Shown here: positions 8,937 to 18,958 of the stretch, in pieces
How positions within the stretch are numbered: the stretch's first letter is position 1
Layout: each line of letters begins with the position of its first letter
DNA from: an uncultured Gemmatimonadales bacterium
GTDB lineage: Bacteria > Gemmatimonadota > Gemmatimonadetes > Longimicrobiales > RSA9
Reading direction: 5' to 3'
Length of the DNA: 64,000 nt
NCBI GenBank assembly: GCA_963708135.1
Contig: OY970192.1
Span: 2,560,001-2,624,000 of the forward strand
Made by a program: the position numbers and the translations under genes
Notes under the pieces: generated by a model
Told to the model about the DNA's origin: nothing
The model's input: the letters and a program-made list of their open reading frames with translations, nothing else
Database searches by the model: none

Positions 8937-9949
8937 GCGCTCGCCAGCCGTTCCGCGAGGGCGCTGGCCGGCGCTCCGAGCGCCCCGCCCCAGATGAGGC
9001 GCCTCACGTCGAGAACGTGGGCGCGAAGCCGCAGCCCGAACAGCAGCACCGTCCACGGGCCGAGCGGATCCACGCGCGCCTGCGTCCGGAGCTCCTTGAT
9101 CCGCGCCGCCAGCAACGCCACCTCGAGCCCGGCGGGGTCGAGCGCGTGGCGCAGCAGCGCCGCGGCGACCGCCCCGCCCAGTTTCGCGGCCAGCCGCCGC
9201 GCCGCCCACCGCGGCCCTTCCGCGACCCCGGCCGACAGCGCCACCGAGAACGACGCCACGTCCAGCAGGGCGCCGCCCTCCAGGAAGAGTCCTTCGGACT
9301 CGGGCTCCTCCCGGCGCGCGGCCAGCGTGAGCGCGGCGGCGGCGTTCTCCACGTCGATCATCCGGGCCACGTGCCGCCGCAGACCGCGGCCGCCGCGCCG
9401 CGCGCCCGCGCGAAGCCCCGCCGCCCAGGTCCGGTTCACCTCCAGCTCCAGGGCGAAGAGATCCGGCCGCGCGCCGGCCGCCAGCGGCAACAGCGCACGC
9501 CCGTACTGGCTGCCCCACACCGAGAGGAGCGCGGCCACAGCCGCGGCATCCGCCTGTCGGGCCAGCTCCTCCAGTGCCCGAACCGGCAGGCGCGGCGTCG
9601 GCACGAGCCCGGCCAGACGCGACTCCGCCGCGCTTCCCGCCGTCGCCCCGCGCACCAGCGCTCGCACGCTGCGCCGGTCCTCCTCCTCGAACAGCACCGA
9701 CGCCGCGCCGGGAACCTCCGGCGACCACCGCGCCAGGGTGGCCAGGGCGTCTCCCGCCCGGCGGCGCACGGCAAGCTCGAGGGCGTCCCTGCGCGTCTCC
9801 TCCGCCGCGACCGGGACGCCCATCCCCGCCAGCGCCGCGGCCAGCGCCGTTGGCTCGCGGATGTCCGCCAGCGCCGCGAGGCGGGCGTGCGATGGCAGCC
9901 GCGCGCCGAGGCCTCGCGCTCGTGCATTCAGCGCCCCCCAATCACTCAC
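8933..9949 (-). CDS. ntpC: V/A-type ATPase subunit C (AC39/d)
   Basis: LNARARGL start motif, IDVENA, 338 aa, operon position. Confidence 0.85.
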   Translation of the reverse strand: MSDWGALNARARGLGARLPSHARLAALADIREPTALAAALAGMGVPVAAEETRRDALELAVRRRAGDALATLARWSPEVPGAASVLFEEEDRRSVRALVRGATAGSAAESRLAGLVPTPRLPVRALEELARQADAAAVAALLSVWGSQYGRALLPLAAGARPDLFALELEVNRTWAAGLRAGARRGGRGLRRHVARMIDVENAAAALTLAARREEPESEGLFLEGGALLDVASFSVALSAGVAEGPRWAARRLAAKLGGAVAAALLRHALDPAGLEVALLAARIKELRTQARVDPLGPWTVLLFGLRLRAHVLDVRRLIWGGALGAPASALAERLASA

Positions 9950-10553
9950 GCTCCGCCTCCAGAGCCGCGAACACCTCGATGGCCAGCGCGGCGCGGAGCC
10001 GCGCGAGCCGCGCCTCCAGCGTGCCGTCCACCTCCACCACTCCGTCGCCGGAGCGCACGACGAAGCCCGTTCCGATGCCGGCGTCCGCCTCCACCCGCAC
10101 CGGTCGCCCGCGCGCCGGCCCGGCCAGCGCCAGCGCCTCGCTCAGCCGGACGGTCAGAGCGGGAGAGCACCGTACCACGCCCCCGTCGCCTTCCCCGTCG
10201 GCCAGGTAGCCCAGGGCGTCCACGACCTCCGCCATCGCGCCGCGCAGGTACCGCTCGTCCGAAAGTGCCTCCGGCAGCCGCTCGGCCGCACGGGCGAGGA
10301 TCCGGTCGAGGAGCGAGCGGCGAATCCGCAGCAGCTCGGCCGTGGCCTCCCGCCGGGCGGCCGTGAGCGCGGCTTCCCGCATCCCGGCGAGGCGCCGCTC
10401 GGCCGCGTCGAGCGCCTCCACGCGCGCCTGCTCCACCCGCACGCGCGCCTCCGCCACCAGCCGCTCCGCATCCGCTGCCGACGTCTCCTCCACTCGCCCG
10501 ACCGCGGCCTCGCCCTCCGCGGTGATCGCGGCCAGCAGCTCCTCGAGCGCCAC
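9942..10553 (-). CDS. ntpE: V/A-type ATPase subunit E
   Basis: N-terminal coiled coil plus GFVV...VDGTLEARL C-terminus, operon position. Confidence 0.85.
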   Translation of the reverse strand: MALEELLAAITAEGEAAVGRVEETSAADAERLVAEARVRVEQARVEALDAAERRLAGMREAALTAARREATAELLRIRRSLLDRILARAAERLPEALSDERYLRGAMAEVVDALGYLADGEGDGGVVRCSPALTVRLSEALALAGPARGRPVRVEADAGIGTGFVVRSGDGVVEVDGTLEARLARLRAALAIEVFAALEAERE

Positions 10554-10559
10554 GACGCC

Positions 10560-10781
10560 TCAACTCCGACCCTGCAGCATGATCAGCACGGCCACCACGA
10601 ACCCGAGGATCACCATCGTCTCGGGAATCGCCACCATGATGATCACCGTTGCACTCAGCTCCGGCTTCTCCGCCAGGCTGGCGGCACCCGCCGGACCGAT
10701 CTTGCCCTGCGCCCACGCCGTCGCCAGCGCGGGGATGCCCACCGCCAGCGCCGCGCTCAGGGTGACCCAGACGGACTCCAT
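10560..10781 (-). CDS. ntpK: V/A-type ATPase proteolipid subunit K/c (single hairpin)
   Basis: 73 aa, two TM helices, AWAQGKIG...EKPE...IPETMVILG. Confidence 0.92.
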   Translation of the reverse strand: MESVWVTLSAALAVGIPALATAWAQGKIGPAGAASLAEKPELSATVIIMVAIPETMVILGFVVAVLIMLQGRS

Positions 10782-12701
10782 GATCTCTCCCGGGTTTCGG
10801 TGCTCCCCGTCTCCCGCCAGTGCCGGAACGGCTCGTAGCGCGTCCCGCCCGGGCTGAAGAACTTGCCGAAGAACTCGACGTAATGGAGACGGAGCGCGTG
10901 GATGCCCGGGCTGAACAGCCCGAGCGCGAAGTTGACCAGGTGGAACAGCAGCGCGAACAACACGCCCACGAACACGCTGCCCATCGTGCCCACCATGCGG
11001 TTGGCCACGACCGCCATCATGACCGATGCCGTGCCCAGCGCCATGATGCGCGCGTAGGACAGCACGTTCCCCAGCGTCGCCAGGAGCTCGATCGGCGCAA
11101 TGATCCCTTCGGCCAGGACGAGCACGGGGAAGGCGACGAGGAGCGTCACGATCGCCGGCGTATAGAACGCGCGCGGCAGCACCTCCGTCGCGGCCAGCAA
11201 CGCCAGCAGGATCAGCACGACCAGCAGCGCGGACAACCCCCGCCCGAGCGCCGCCCTCCCCTCCCGCTGCCGCAGGTGGCTCAGCATCCCGAGGACCAGG
11301 CCCAGCAGCACGTGCACGAGCCCGATCGAGACCGCCAGCGCGAGGAAGGGCAGCAGCGCCTCGGCCCGGTCGAAGAGCAGCGGGCGGATCCCCAGCAGCC
11401 GCATCCCGAGATCGCCGAACACTTCACCGTACAGCGCGCCGAAGATGATCGTGAACCCCGCGCACGCCCCGCCGATCTCCGACAGCTGCCGCAGCGTACT
11501 CCCCGGCCGCGACCGCAGGTGCAGCACGAGCGACAGCGCCGCGAGAACGGCGCCGTAGCCCATGTCACCGAGCATGAGGCCGCAGAACATCGGGAAGAAC
11601 ACCGCCACGAACGGCGTCGGATCGATGCTGCCATAGCGCGGCAGCGGCATCATGCGCACGATCAGCTCGAACGGCCTGAACAGGCGCGGATTCGAGAGCA
11701 CCACCGGGGCATCCGCCGCCGACCACGACTCCCGCGACACCTCCTCGAGGGCCGCTCCCTCCCCGAACGCCGCGCGCAGCGCCGACGCCAGCACCGGCAC
11801 CGACCGGCTGGGCGTCCAGCCCTCCAGCACGAATCCGTGCGCCGTCAGCGCCGCCTGCCCGAGTGCCTCCAGCTCCGTCAGCCGGTCGTGGAGCTCGCGA
11901 CGCGCGCGCTCCAGCCACGCCGTCTCGCCGGCTCGCTCCGCGGTCAGCTCCGCGGCCGTGGCGGCGAGCTCGCCCGGGATCTCCGCCAGCCGCTCCCGCA
12001 TCCTCGGCAGCGCCTCGCCCACCGTCGCCCCGTACCCCGCCGGCGCCCGCACCTCCTCCACCCCTGCCTCGCGCAGGATCCGCTCGACCTCTCGCCCCGC
12101 CGCCGCCGGCAGCAGGAGCAACACCCCCGTCTCTCCCGTCCCCAGCCCGGCCGTCCGGATCTCGAACCCGTCTCCCAGCACGCCCTCCAGCGCCGTGCGC
12201 AGCGACTCCGCCGCCTCCGTCGCGCCCTCACGCAGCACGATGTGGTACGCCGTGGCCGTCGACCACCTCGACTCGCTCGCGATGATCGCCTCGAACGCCC
12301 CGAAGAACTGGTCGTACTTCCCGACGAGCGCCCGCTCCTCCTCGAGATCCCGCCGCCGCTCGAGCAGCCGCTCCGCACGCCTCCTCACCTCCCACGCCCG
12401 CCGCGCCGCACCTGGCAGGTCGAGCGCCTGCTCCGCGGCTCCGCCGCCTCCGCCGCCGGACCGAGCCCGCCCCCGTACATCGACGCCCAGCGCCCGGATG
12501 GCACCCTCGACGTCCCCGAGAAGGCGCCTCAGCTGCCGGATCAGCCGCTCCTGCCGCGCCGTGTAGCGAACGCCCTCCAGCGCCTGCGCGCGCGGCGGCG
12601 GCGCCAGAATGCAGCAGCCCGATCTCCTGCACCACCCCCAGCACGTCGCCGAGCTGCTCCCGCCGCCCGAGGATCCGGACCTTCGACATGCGGATGATCA
12701 T
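10757..12701 (-). CDS. ntpI: V/A-type ATPase subunit I/a, interrupted by a +1 frameshift near 12608
   Basis: Start MIIRMSKVRILG...IGLLH, then a frame change at CAT(T)CTG into the ORF with IDPTPF, GDMGYG, LSYARIMALG, LRLHYVEFFGKF. Corrected length is 648 codons. Confidence 0.88.
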
Positions 12702-13061
12702 CCCGGCGCCGCTCCGGCCGCATCCCCGATCGCCTCACCCACGACCCGCTCCACCACCAGCGCCGCCAGCGCCTCCAGCCGCGCCCCACCGCGCCGCTCG
12801 AGCGAGCTCGCCACCACCGCCGCCTCGCTCCGCGCCGCCGCCACGGCCGCCGCGCACTCCGACTCCAGCCGCGACCCGAGCGCGCTCACCGCCGCTGTCA
12901 GCTCCGCTTCCGCCGACGTCTCCAGCGCCCGCGCCCCGGCCTCCGCCGCCGCGACGCGCTCCGCCGCGCGGGCCCGCGCCGCCTCCATGAGGCCCCCGAG
13001 TTGAACGCTCCGCCTCGATCAGCCGGTCCAGCCCGCTCCCCGGGTCCGTTCCCACCGACAT
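12698..13061 (-). CDS. V/A-type ATPase peripheral stalk subunit G/H, +1 frameshift near 13004
   Basis: MSVGTDPGSGLDRLIEAER then a shift at CGT(T)CAA to QLGGLMEAARARAAERV. Ala/Glu/Arg coiled coil, first gene of the operon. Confidence 0.7.
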
Positions 13062-13142
13062 CGGCCCCCTCGCTGGTTCTCGCCCCCCGTTCACGTCCGT
13101 GAAGGGCGAACTCCATACCCCGGGTCCGTGGGAAATAAAGGA

Positions 13143-13156
13143 TTGATGTAGAACAA
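13143..13156. promoter_or_regulatory. FNR/CRP-family box upstream of the V/A-ATPase operon
   Basis: TTGAT-GTAG-AACAA matches TTGAT-N4-ATCAA at 9/10, in a conspicuous AT-rich patch about 85 bp upstream of the first gene. Confidence 0.55.
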
Positions 13157-13200
13157 TTTACGAGGACAGATCGACCGGGGCGGCCGGGCTCGCGGGGGCG

Positions 13201-15339
13201 TTACGCCCCGGGGGTGGGACGCTGATGAGATGGAAGGCGACGACCGGCACGCGCGGGCACGCCGGCCGTCTGGTGCAGCGCGAGGTAGGCCGGGATGGCT
13301 TCGGGCTGCATCGGGGTGGCGAAGAGAAAACCCTGGGCGTAGCGGGCGCCGAGCAGCTGGAGCTGCGCGAGCTGCTCGGCGGTCTCGACGCCCTCGGCGA
13401 CGGTGTCGAGGCCGAGGTTGCGGGCTAGCGCCAGGATGGTGCGCACGAGCTCGCGCGCGCCGTCGGTGCCACCGATGCGCGCCGTGAAGGAGCGATCGAT
13501 CTTGAGGAAGTCGACCGGGAACTGCTGCAGGTAGGCAAGGGAGGAGTAGCCGGTGCCGAAGTCGTCGATGCAGATGCGCACGCCCAGGTCGCGCAGGCTG
13601 CGTAGCACGGTGATGCCCGCCCCGCCGCGGTGCATGAGGGCGCCTTCCGTGATCTCGACCAGCAGGTGGTCGGCGTGCGCGCCGGTGCGCTCGAGGATGG
13701 CGGCGAGGTGCTCGGGGAGGGAGGCGTCGCGGAGCTGGCGCGGGGAGAGATTGACGGAGGCGACGAGGCCCGGCGCGGGGATGGTCGCGTTCCACTCCGC
13801 CAGACGGCGGCAGGTCTCCTCGAGGACCCATAGCCCGATCGGTCCGATCAGGCCGGTCTCCTCGGCGATGGCGAGGAACGCGTCCGGGAGCAGCATCCCG
13901 CGCTCGGGGTGCTGCCAGCGCAGCAGCGCCTCGAAACCGATGAGGCGGCGTGGCTGCAGCGCGAGGATCGGCTGGAACGCGAGCGCGAGCTGTCGCTCGG
14001 CGGCCGCCATGCGCAGGTCGGTCTCCAGGCGGAGCACGTCCACGGCCTGGGCGTGCATCTCCTGGTCGAAGGTCGCGAACCCGGCGCGGCCCCCGGCCTT
14101 GGCTCGGTACATCGCGATGTCCGCGTCGCGCAGGAGGTCGCCCGGGGCCGTGTAGAGCCGGGACCCCAGCGCGATCCCGATGCTCGCCGACGTGAAGACG
14201 GCGCGGCCCTCCAGCTCGAAGGCGCGGCCGAGCCGGTGCAGGATCCGCGTGGCCACCCGCTCCGGGTCGTCGGGTCCCTCCATCCCGTCCAGCAGCAGGG
14301 CGAACTCGTCGCCGCCCAGCCGGGCCACGGTGTCCTCGGCGCGCACGCACGAGGAGACCGCCGCGGCGACCTGTCGCAGCAGCGCGTCGCCGAGGAGGTG
14401 CCCGAGACTGTCGTTGACGATCTTGAAGCGGTCGAGGTCGAGGAAGAGCACCGCGAACAGGTAGTCCGGGCGGCGACTGGCCCGTGCAAGCGCATGCTCG
14501 AGGCGATCCAGGAAGAGCGCCCGATTCGGCAGGCCCGTCAGCGTGTCGTGGAAGGCGTGGTGCAGGAGCTCGCGCTCGACCTCCTTGCGCCCCGTGATGT
14601 CGTGGATGATCCCGTGGTGCCCCTCCACCTCGCCCTGCGGCGAGCGCCGCGCCGCCGCCGAGATGAGCGCCCAGAACGCGTTACCGTCCGGCCGCCGCAG
14701 CCGTGCCTCGAAGTCCGTGACGGCGCCGGACGCCTCCAGCCCGGCCGTGAAGCGCTCCAGCGCCTCCCTCTCGACGAACCAGGAGGCCACGTTGGAGGTG
14801 GTCTCGCCCAGGAGCTCCGCCGCGGACGCGTTCAGGTCGAGCACGCGCCCGTCGCGGTGCGCGATGTAGATCGCCTCACGGGACCGCTCGAACAGGGAAC
14901 GGTACCGCTCCTCGCTCTCGCGCAATGCACGCGTCGCGAGCCGCTCCCGCATCGAGACGCGGTGCCGTTCGAGCGCGTGGCGCACCGCCCGCACGATCAG
15001 CGTGGGGAAGAGCTGCTCCAGCAGCAGGTACTCATCGGCGCCCTGCATGACCGCCTTCAACGCCACCGCCTCGCGTGCCGCCACCGTCAGCACGACAATG
15101 GCGATGTCGCAGGCGGACCGCAGCAACACGAATCCGCCCAGGCCCGGGTGATCGGGCACCGCCATGTCCAGGAGAACCATGTCGAAGGGGCGGTCGGCGA
15201 GCGCCGCAAGCCCGTCCTCGAGACGCGACACGCGCTGCACGTCGTAGGACCCGACAGCCTCGCTCAGCGCGTCCTCCAGGACACGCGCCACGCCGGAGCG
15301 GTGCTCGATCAGAAGCAGCGACACTCGTTCGTCGGACAT
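13201..15339 (-). CDS. REC-PAS-GGDEF-EAL c-di-GMP signalling protein
   Basis: HDTLTGLPNR, RAED I-site, RLGGDEF, FEALLRW, DDFGTGYSSL. PAS/PAC region and N-terminal receiver-like domain. Confidence 0.93.
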   Translation of the reverse strand: MSDERVSLLLIEHRSGVARVLEDALSEAVGSYDVQRVSRLEDGLAALADRPFDMVLLDMAVPDHPGLGGFVLLRSACDIAIVVLTVAAREAVALKAVMQGADEYLLLEQLFPTLIVRAVRHALERHRVSMRERLATRALRESEERYRSLFERSREAIYIAHRDGRVLDLNASAAELLGETTSNVASWFVEREALERFTAGLEASGAVTDFEARLRRPDGNAFWALISAAARRSPQGEVEGHHGIIHDITGRKEVERELLHHAFHDTLTGLPNRALFLDRLEHALARASRRPDYLFAVLFLDLDRFKIVNDSLGHLLGDALLRQVAAAVSSCVRAEDTVARLGGDEFALLLDGMEGPDDPERVATRILHRLGRAFELEGRAVFTSASIGIALGSRLYTAPGDLLRDADIAMYRAKAGGRAGFATFDQEMHAQAVDVLRLETDLRMAAAERQLALAFQPILALQPRRLIGFEALLRWQHPERGMLLPDAFLAIAEETGLIGPIGLWVLEETCRRLAEWNATIPAPGLVASVNLSPRQLRDASLPEHLAAILERTGAHADHLLVEITEGALMHRGGAGITVLRSLRDLGVRICIDDFGTGYSSLAYLQQFPVDFLKIDRSFTARIGGTDGARELVRTILALARNLGLDTVAEGVETAEQLAQLQLLGARYAQGFLFATPMQPEAIPAYLALHQTAGVPARAGRRLPSHQRPTPGA

Positions 15340-15466
15340 CGCGCTCCCTTCCGGACGCACGGCCTCGGCGCCGCTCCGACTCGGATCGGGGTTCGATTCA
15401 ATCTGCTTGGACGCTGTGTTGGGACCGGGAGAGAGAGAGAGCGGGACCCGCGCCCGCGGCGGTGCG

Positions 15467-15482
15467 TGCAAGTTGGGGACCA
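15467..15482 (-). promoter_or_regulatory. Candidate sigma54 promoter for the GGDEF-EAL gene
   Basis: Minus strand TGGTCCCCAACTTGCA = TGG-N10-GC. Confidence 0.5.
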
Positions 15483-15556
15483 GCCACCCCCGCCGGCAAC
15501 CCCTTTGGCGCGCCCCGCCAGGGGGTCCTCCCGCGCGCACGCTGCGCCGCCGGGCG

Positions 15557-15985
15557 CTATTCGGTCAGGTCGGGACCTCCGTGCAGCGCGATCCTGTGCC
15601 CGCTCCACGCACCCGCCACCGCGGCCACCATCTGGAGCAGGAGCAGCGTGGCCGAGAGCGCGGGCGGCAACGCCTGCCACTCGGCGCCACCGCGGAGGAT
15701 GAACACCACGGCCACGTTCAGCAGGAACCACGCGACGAGGGAGAACACGCCGATCGAGACGCCGTGCAGGATCGGCGCGTCGATCGAGCGGAAGCCCGTG
15801 AACAGCCCCCCGATCCAGAATCCCAGCGCCACCGCGATGATGCTCCAGAACGCGCCGAGACCCTCGGGGCCCAGGATGCCCGTACCGGCAAGGATGATCA
15901 GGACCAGGGAGGTCGCCGCGGCAGCGATCAGCCAGCCGGCCACCACCCAGCCGAAGTGGACGTTCTGAAGGTGCTCGGTGTGCAT
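15557..15985 (-). CDS. Four-TM membrane protein, function unknown
   Basis: 142 aa with four hydrophobic segments, directly after rnhB. Confidence 0.75.
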   Translation of the reverse strand: MHTEHLQNVHFGWVVAGWLIAAAATSLVLIILAGTGILGPEGLGAFWSIIAVALGFWIGGLFTGFRSIDAPILHGVSIGVFSLVAWFLLNVAVVFILRGGAEWQALPPALSATLLLLQMVAAVAGAWSGHRIALHGGPDLTE

Positions 15986-15986
15986 G

Positions 15987-16694
15987 TCAGGCGTTCAGGT
16001 CGAGAGAGAGCTGCACCGGAACGAAGCTCCTCCGGTGATGCGGCGTGGGTCCGTGGCTCGCCAGCGCCTCGAGGTGCTCGCTCGTCGCATAGCCGACGTT
16101 GGTGCACCAGCCGTACGTCGGGTAGCGCGGCGCGAGCCGGTGCATCAGGCGGTCCCGTACCACCTTGGCCACCACGGACGCGCACGCCACGGCATGCACC
16201 AGCGCATCGCCGTCCACGACGGCCGTGTGCTCGCCCAGGGTGGGCACCGGCAGGCCGTCCACGATGATGTGCTGGGGGGCTAGCGTGAGCCGGGAGACGG
16301 CACGCGCCATGGCCAGGTGGCTGGCCCGCAGAATGTTCAGCCGATCGACCTCGCGGCAGCTCGCCGCGCCCACCCCGAGCGAGAGGGCGTGCGCGCGGAT
16401 CTCCACGGCCAGCGTCTCGCGCCGCTCCGCCGTGAGGCGCTTCGAGTCGTCCACCCCGCGAACGGCGAAGCCGGGCGGCAGGATCACCGCCGCGGCCACC
16501 ACCGGACCTGCGAGCGGTCCGCGACCCGCCTCATCGACGCCCGCGATGTGCTCGAGGCCGCGCTCCCAGAGCTCGCGCTCCATGGACAGCAGCTTCTTCA
16601 GCCGGAGCGTCTCGCGCCGCTTGCGCGCCGCGGCCCGCAAGCGGGCCTGCTCCCGCTTCGAGCGCTGGACGCCGTCCGTCCGCGGGCCGCCCAT
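15987..16694 (-). CDS. rnhB: Ribonuclease HII
   Basis: GVDEAGRGPLAGPV, DDSKRL, AKVVRD, HRRSF. Confidence 0.96.
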   Translation of the reverse strand: MGGPRTDGVQRSKREQARLRAAARKRRETLRLKKLLSMERELWERGLEHIAGVDEAGRGPLAGPVVAAAVILPPGFAVRGVDDSKRLTAERRETLAVEIRAHALSLGVGAASCREVDRLNILRASHLAMARAVSRLTLAPQHIIVDGLPVPTLGEHTAVVDGDALVHAVACASVVAKVVRDRLMHRLAPRYPTYGWCTNVGYATSEHLEALASHGPTPHHRRSFVPVQLSLDLNA

Positions 16695-16706
16695 GGCAGG
16701 CGGCGC

Positions 16707-17054
16707 TCAGCCCTGGCGCTTCTCGCGGATCCGCGCCGACTTCCCGCGCCGCTCGCGCAGGTAGTAGAGCTTGGCCCGGCGGACCCGGCCGCGTCGCACT
16801 ACCGTCACGGACTCGATCATCGGCGAGTGCACGGGGAAGACCCTCTCCACGCCGATTCCGCTCGAGATCTTCCGCACCGTGAACGTCTCCGTCACGCCGC
16901 CGTTCTTGCGCGCAATGCACACGCCCTCGAACGCCTGGATCCGCTCCTTGTCGCCTTCGCGCACCCGGACGTTCACCCGCAGCGTGTCGCCCGGCGCGAA
17001 CTGCGGCAGGTCGGTCCGCAGCTGCTCGTTCATGACTTCCTGTAGGATATCCAT
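16707..17054 (-). CDS. rplS: 50S ribosomal protein L19
   Basis: [12 protein letters not shown]...GVERVFP...[12 protein letters not shown]. Confidence 0.97.
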   Translation of the reverse strand: MDILQEVMNEQLRTDLPQFAPGDTLRVNVRVREGDKERIQAFEGVCIARKNGGVTETFTVRKISSGIGVERVFPVHSPMIESVTVVRRGRVRRAKLYYLRERRGKSARIREKRQG

Positions 17055-17098
17055 GGCTCTTCTCCTGGGCGTCGCGCGGAAGCGCCGGCCACCCTGCC

Positions 17099-17797
17099 TT
17101 ACGCGCTCCCGCCGTGCTTCTCGTTGTGCTCCCGCCAGAGATCGGGGCGCCGTTCCCGCGTCAGCCGCTCCGCCTGCTCCCGCCGCCACGCCTCCACCCG
17201 CGCGTGGTCTCCCGAGAGCAGTACCTCCGGCACCTCAAGACCGCGGTACTCCGCCGGCCGCGTGTACGACGGCGGACTGAGCAGGCCCTCGTCGTAAAAC
17301 GAATCGGAGGCCGCCGACTCGTGCGTCCCGAGCGCGCCGGGAAGCAGGCGGACCACCGCATCCGTCACCGCCAGCGCCGCCGCCTCCCCGCCGCTCAGCA
17401 CGAAATCCCCGAGCGACAGCTCATCCACCGCCAGCGCATCCGCCACCCGCTGGTCCACATCCTTGTAGTGCCCGCAGAGCAGTGTCAGCTCCGGCTCCAG
17501 CGACAGCCGAACCGCATCCTCGTGGCGGAAGCGCCGGCCCCTTGCCGACAGCAGGATCACCCGCCCCGCCGGCGCCAGCGCCTCCACCGCCTCGAAGAAC
17601 GGCTCCGGCTTCAGCACCATCCCGGCACCGCCGCCGAACGGATAGTCGTCCACGGTCCGATGCCGGTCGTGCGTGTAGGCCCGCAGGTCCACCACCCGGT
17701 ATTCCACCAGGCCCGCCGCAGCCGCACGAGCCGGGATGCTCAGCGCCAGAGGGCCGCTGAAGAACTCCGGGAACACCGTCACGATGTTGATGCGCAC
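17099..17797 (-). CDS. trmD: tRNA (guanine37-N1)-methyltransferase
   Basis: [34 protein letters not shown]. Confidence 0.97.
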   Translation of the reverse strand: MRINIVTVFPEFFSGPLALSIPARAAAAGLVEYRVVDLRAYTHDRHRTVDDYPFGGGAGMVLKPEPFFEAVEALAPAGRVILLSARGRRFRHEDAVRLSLEPELTLLCGHYKDVDQRVADALAVDELSLGDFVLSGGEAAALAVTDAVVRLLPGALGTHESAASDSFYDEGLLSPPSYTRPAEYRGLEVPEVLLSGDHARVEAWRREQAERLTRERRPDLWREHNEKHGGSA

Positions 17798-17815
17798 GGG
17801 CCCGTCCCGTCCCGC

Positions 17816-18367
17816 CTACAGCTCCAGCAGCCCGGGGGGTGGCTCGATCACCACTCGCCCCGCGTCCAGGTCCACCTTGCGCACGATCCGCTCGGTGAAC
17901 GGGATCAGGTGCTGCTTCCCCGTCTCCCCACGGACTTCCAGCAGGTGCGCCGGCTCCGTGTCGTAGACCTCGCGCACCCGCCCGACCGCCTCGCCCTCCG
18001 CCGTCACGACCTCCAGCCCGAGCAGCTGGTGATAGAAGACCTCGCCCTCCTCGAGCGGCGCCACCTCCGCTGCCGGAACCAGCAGGTAGCGTCGGGAGAG
18101 GGGCTCCACCGCCGCGCGGTCCTCGAGCGCCTCGAACTTCACCAGCACCCCACGCTTGAACGGCCGCACCCGCTCCACCACCAGCGCCTGCGGCTCGGCC
18201 CCCAGCGTCCCCTCCTCGTCTCCCCCGAGCAGCCGGCGCCCCGGGGCGAAGAGCGCCTCCGGCCGATCCGTCAGCGGCCAGACGAACACCTCTCCGCGCA
18301 TCCCGTGCGGCTTCGTCACCTGCCCGACCACCAGATGGTCGGGCACGCCCGGCCCGCCGCCCGCCAT
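17816..18367 (-). CDS. rimM: Ribosome maturation factor RimM
   Basis: VGQVTKPHGMRGEV, FYHQLLGLEV, LIPF; located between rpsP and trmD. Confidence 0.95.
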   Translation of the reverse strand: MAGGGPGVPDHLVVGQVTKPHGMRGEVFVWPLTDRPEALFAPGRRLLGGDEEGTLGAEPQALVVERVRPFKRGVLVKFEALEDRAAVEPLSRRYLLVPAAEVAPLEEGEVFYHQLLGLEVVTAEGEAVGRVREVYDTEPAHLLEVRGETGKQHLIPFTERIVRKVDLDAGRVVIEPPPGLLEL

Positions 18368-18370
18368 CGA

Positions 18371-18925
18371 CTACTCCGCCTGCGGCTCCTCGGCCGCGGC
18401 TTCCTCGCCAGCCGGCGCGGGCGCCGCCGCCGGCTCGACGGCCGCGGCCGGCTGCGCGGTGTCGGCGCCCGCCTCGTCGGTGGCTTCGGCCGCGGCCGGG
18501 GCCGCCTCCGCCTTCGGCTTCCGCGTGCGCTTCGCCTCGCCGGGCGCCGCCTCGGCCTCGGCCTCGGGCGTCGCCGCCTCCACTGCCAGGGGCGCCTCCG
18601 CCGTGGGCTCGACCGCCTCGGGAGCGGCCGGCTCCGCCGCAACCGCGCCTCCGCCCGCCGGCCGCAACTCGACCCTGGCGTCCCCGCCCTTGCGCGCCTT
18701 CCGGACCAGCGAGGCGGCGGTGTCGCTCAGCTCGGCACCCTTCTCGAGCCAGGCATCGACCTTGGCGATGTCCATCTCGAGCGCCGCGGGCTGACGCCTC
18801 GGATTGTAGAAGCCCACGCTGTCGATGTAGGCACCATCGCGGGGCGCCGCCTGGTCCGTCACGACGATGCGGTAGCTCGGCTGCTTCTTCCGGCCCACAC
18901 GCCGGAGTCGGATCCTCAGAGACAT
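18371..18925 (-). CDS. rpsP: 30S ribosomal protein S16 with long Ala/Glu/Pro-rich extension
   Basis: LRIRLRRVGRKKQPSYRIVV...RDG...GFYNP. Confidence 0.96.
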   Translation of the reverse strand: MSLRIRLRRVGRKKQPSYRIVVTDQAAPRDGAYIDSVGFYNPRRQPAALEMDIAKVDAWLEKGAELSDTAASLVRKARKGGDARVELRPAGGGAVAAEPAAPEAVEPTAEAPLAVEAATPEAEAEAAPGEAKRTRKPKAEAAPAAAEATDEAGADTAQPAAAVEPAAAPAPAGEEAAAEEPQAE

Positions 18926-18958
18926 GGTCTTCGCGGTTCGGGTTGCGTCTCGCGCGGT

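Noticed and set aside
15429..15441. (GA)6 repeat in the leader of the GGDEF-EAL gene as a phase-variation tract
   Set aside because: Short, and outside both the coding sequence and the promoter spacer.
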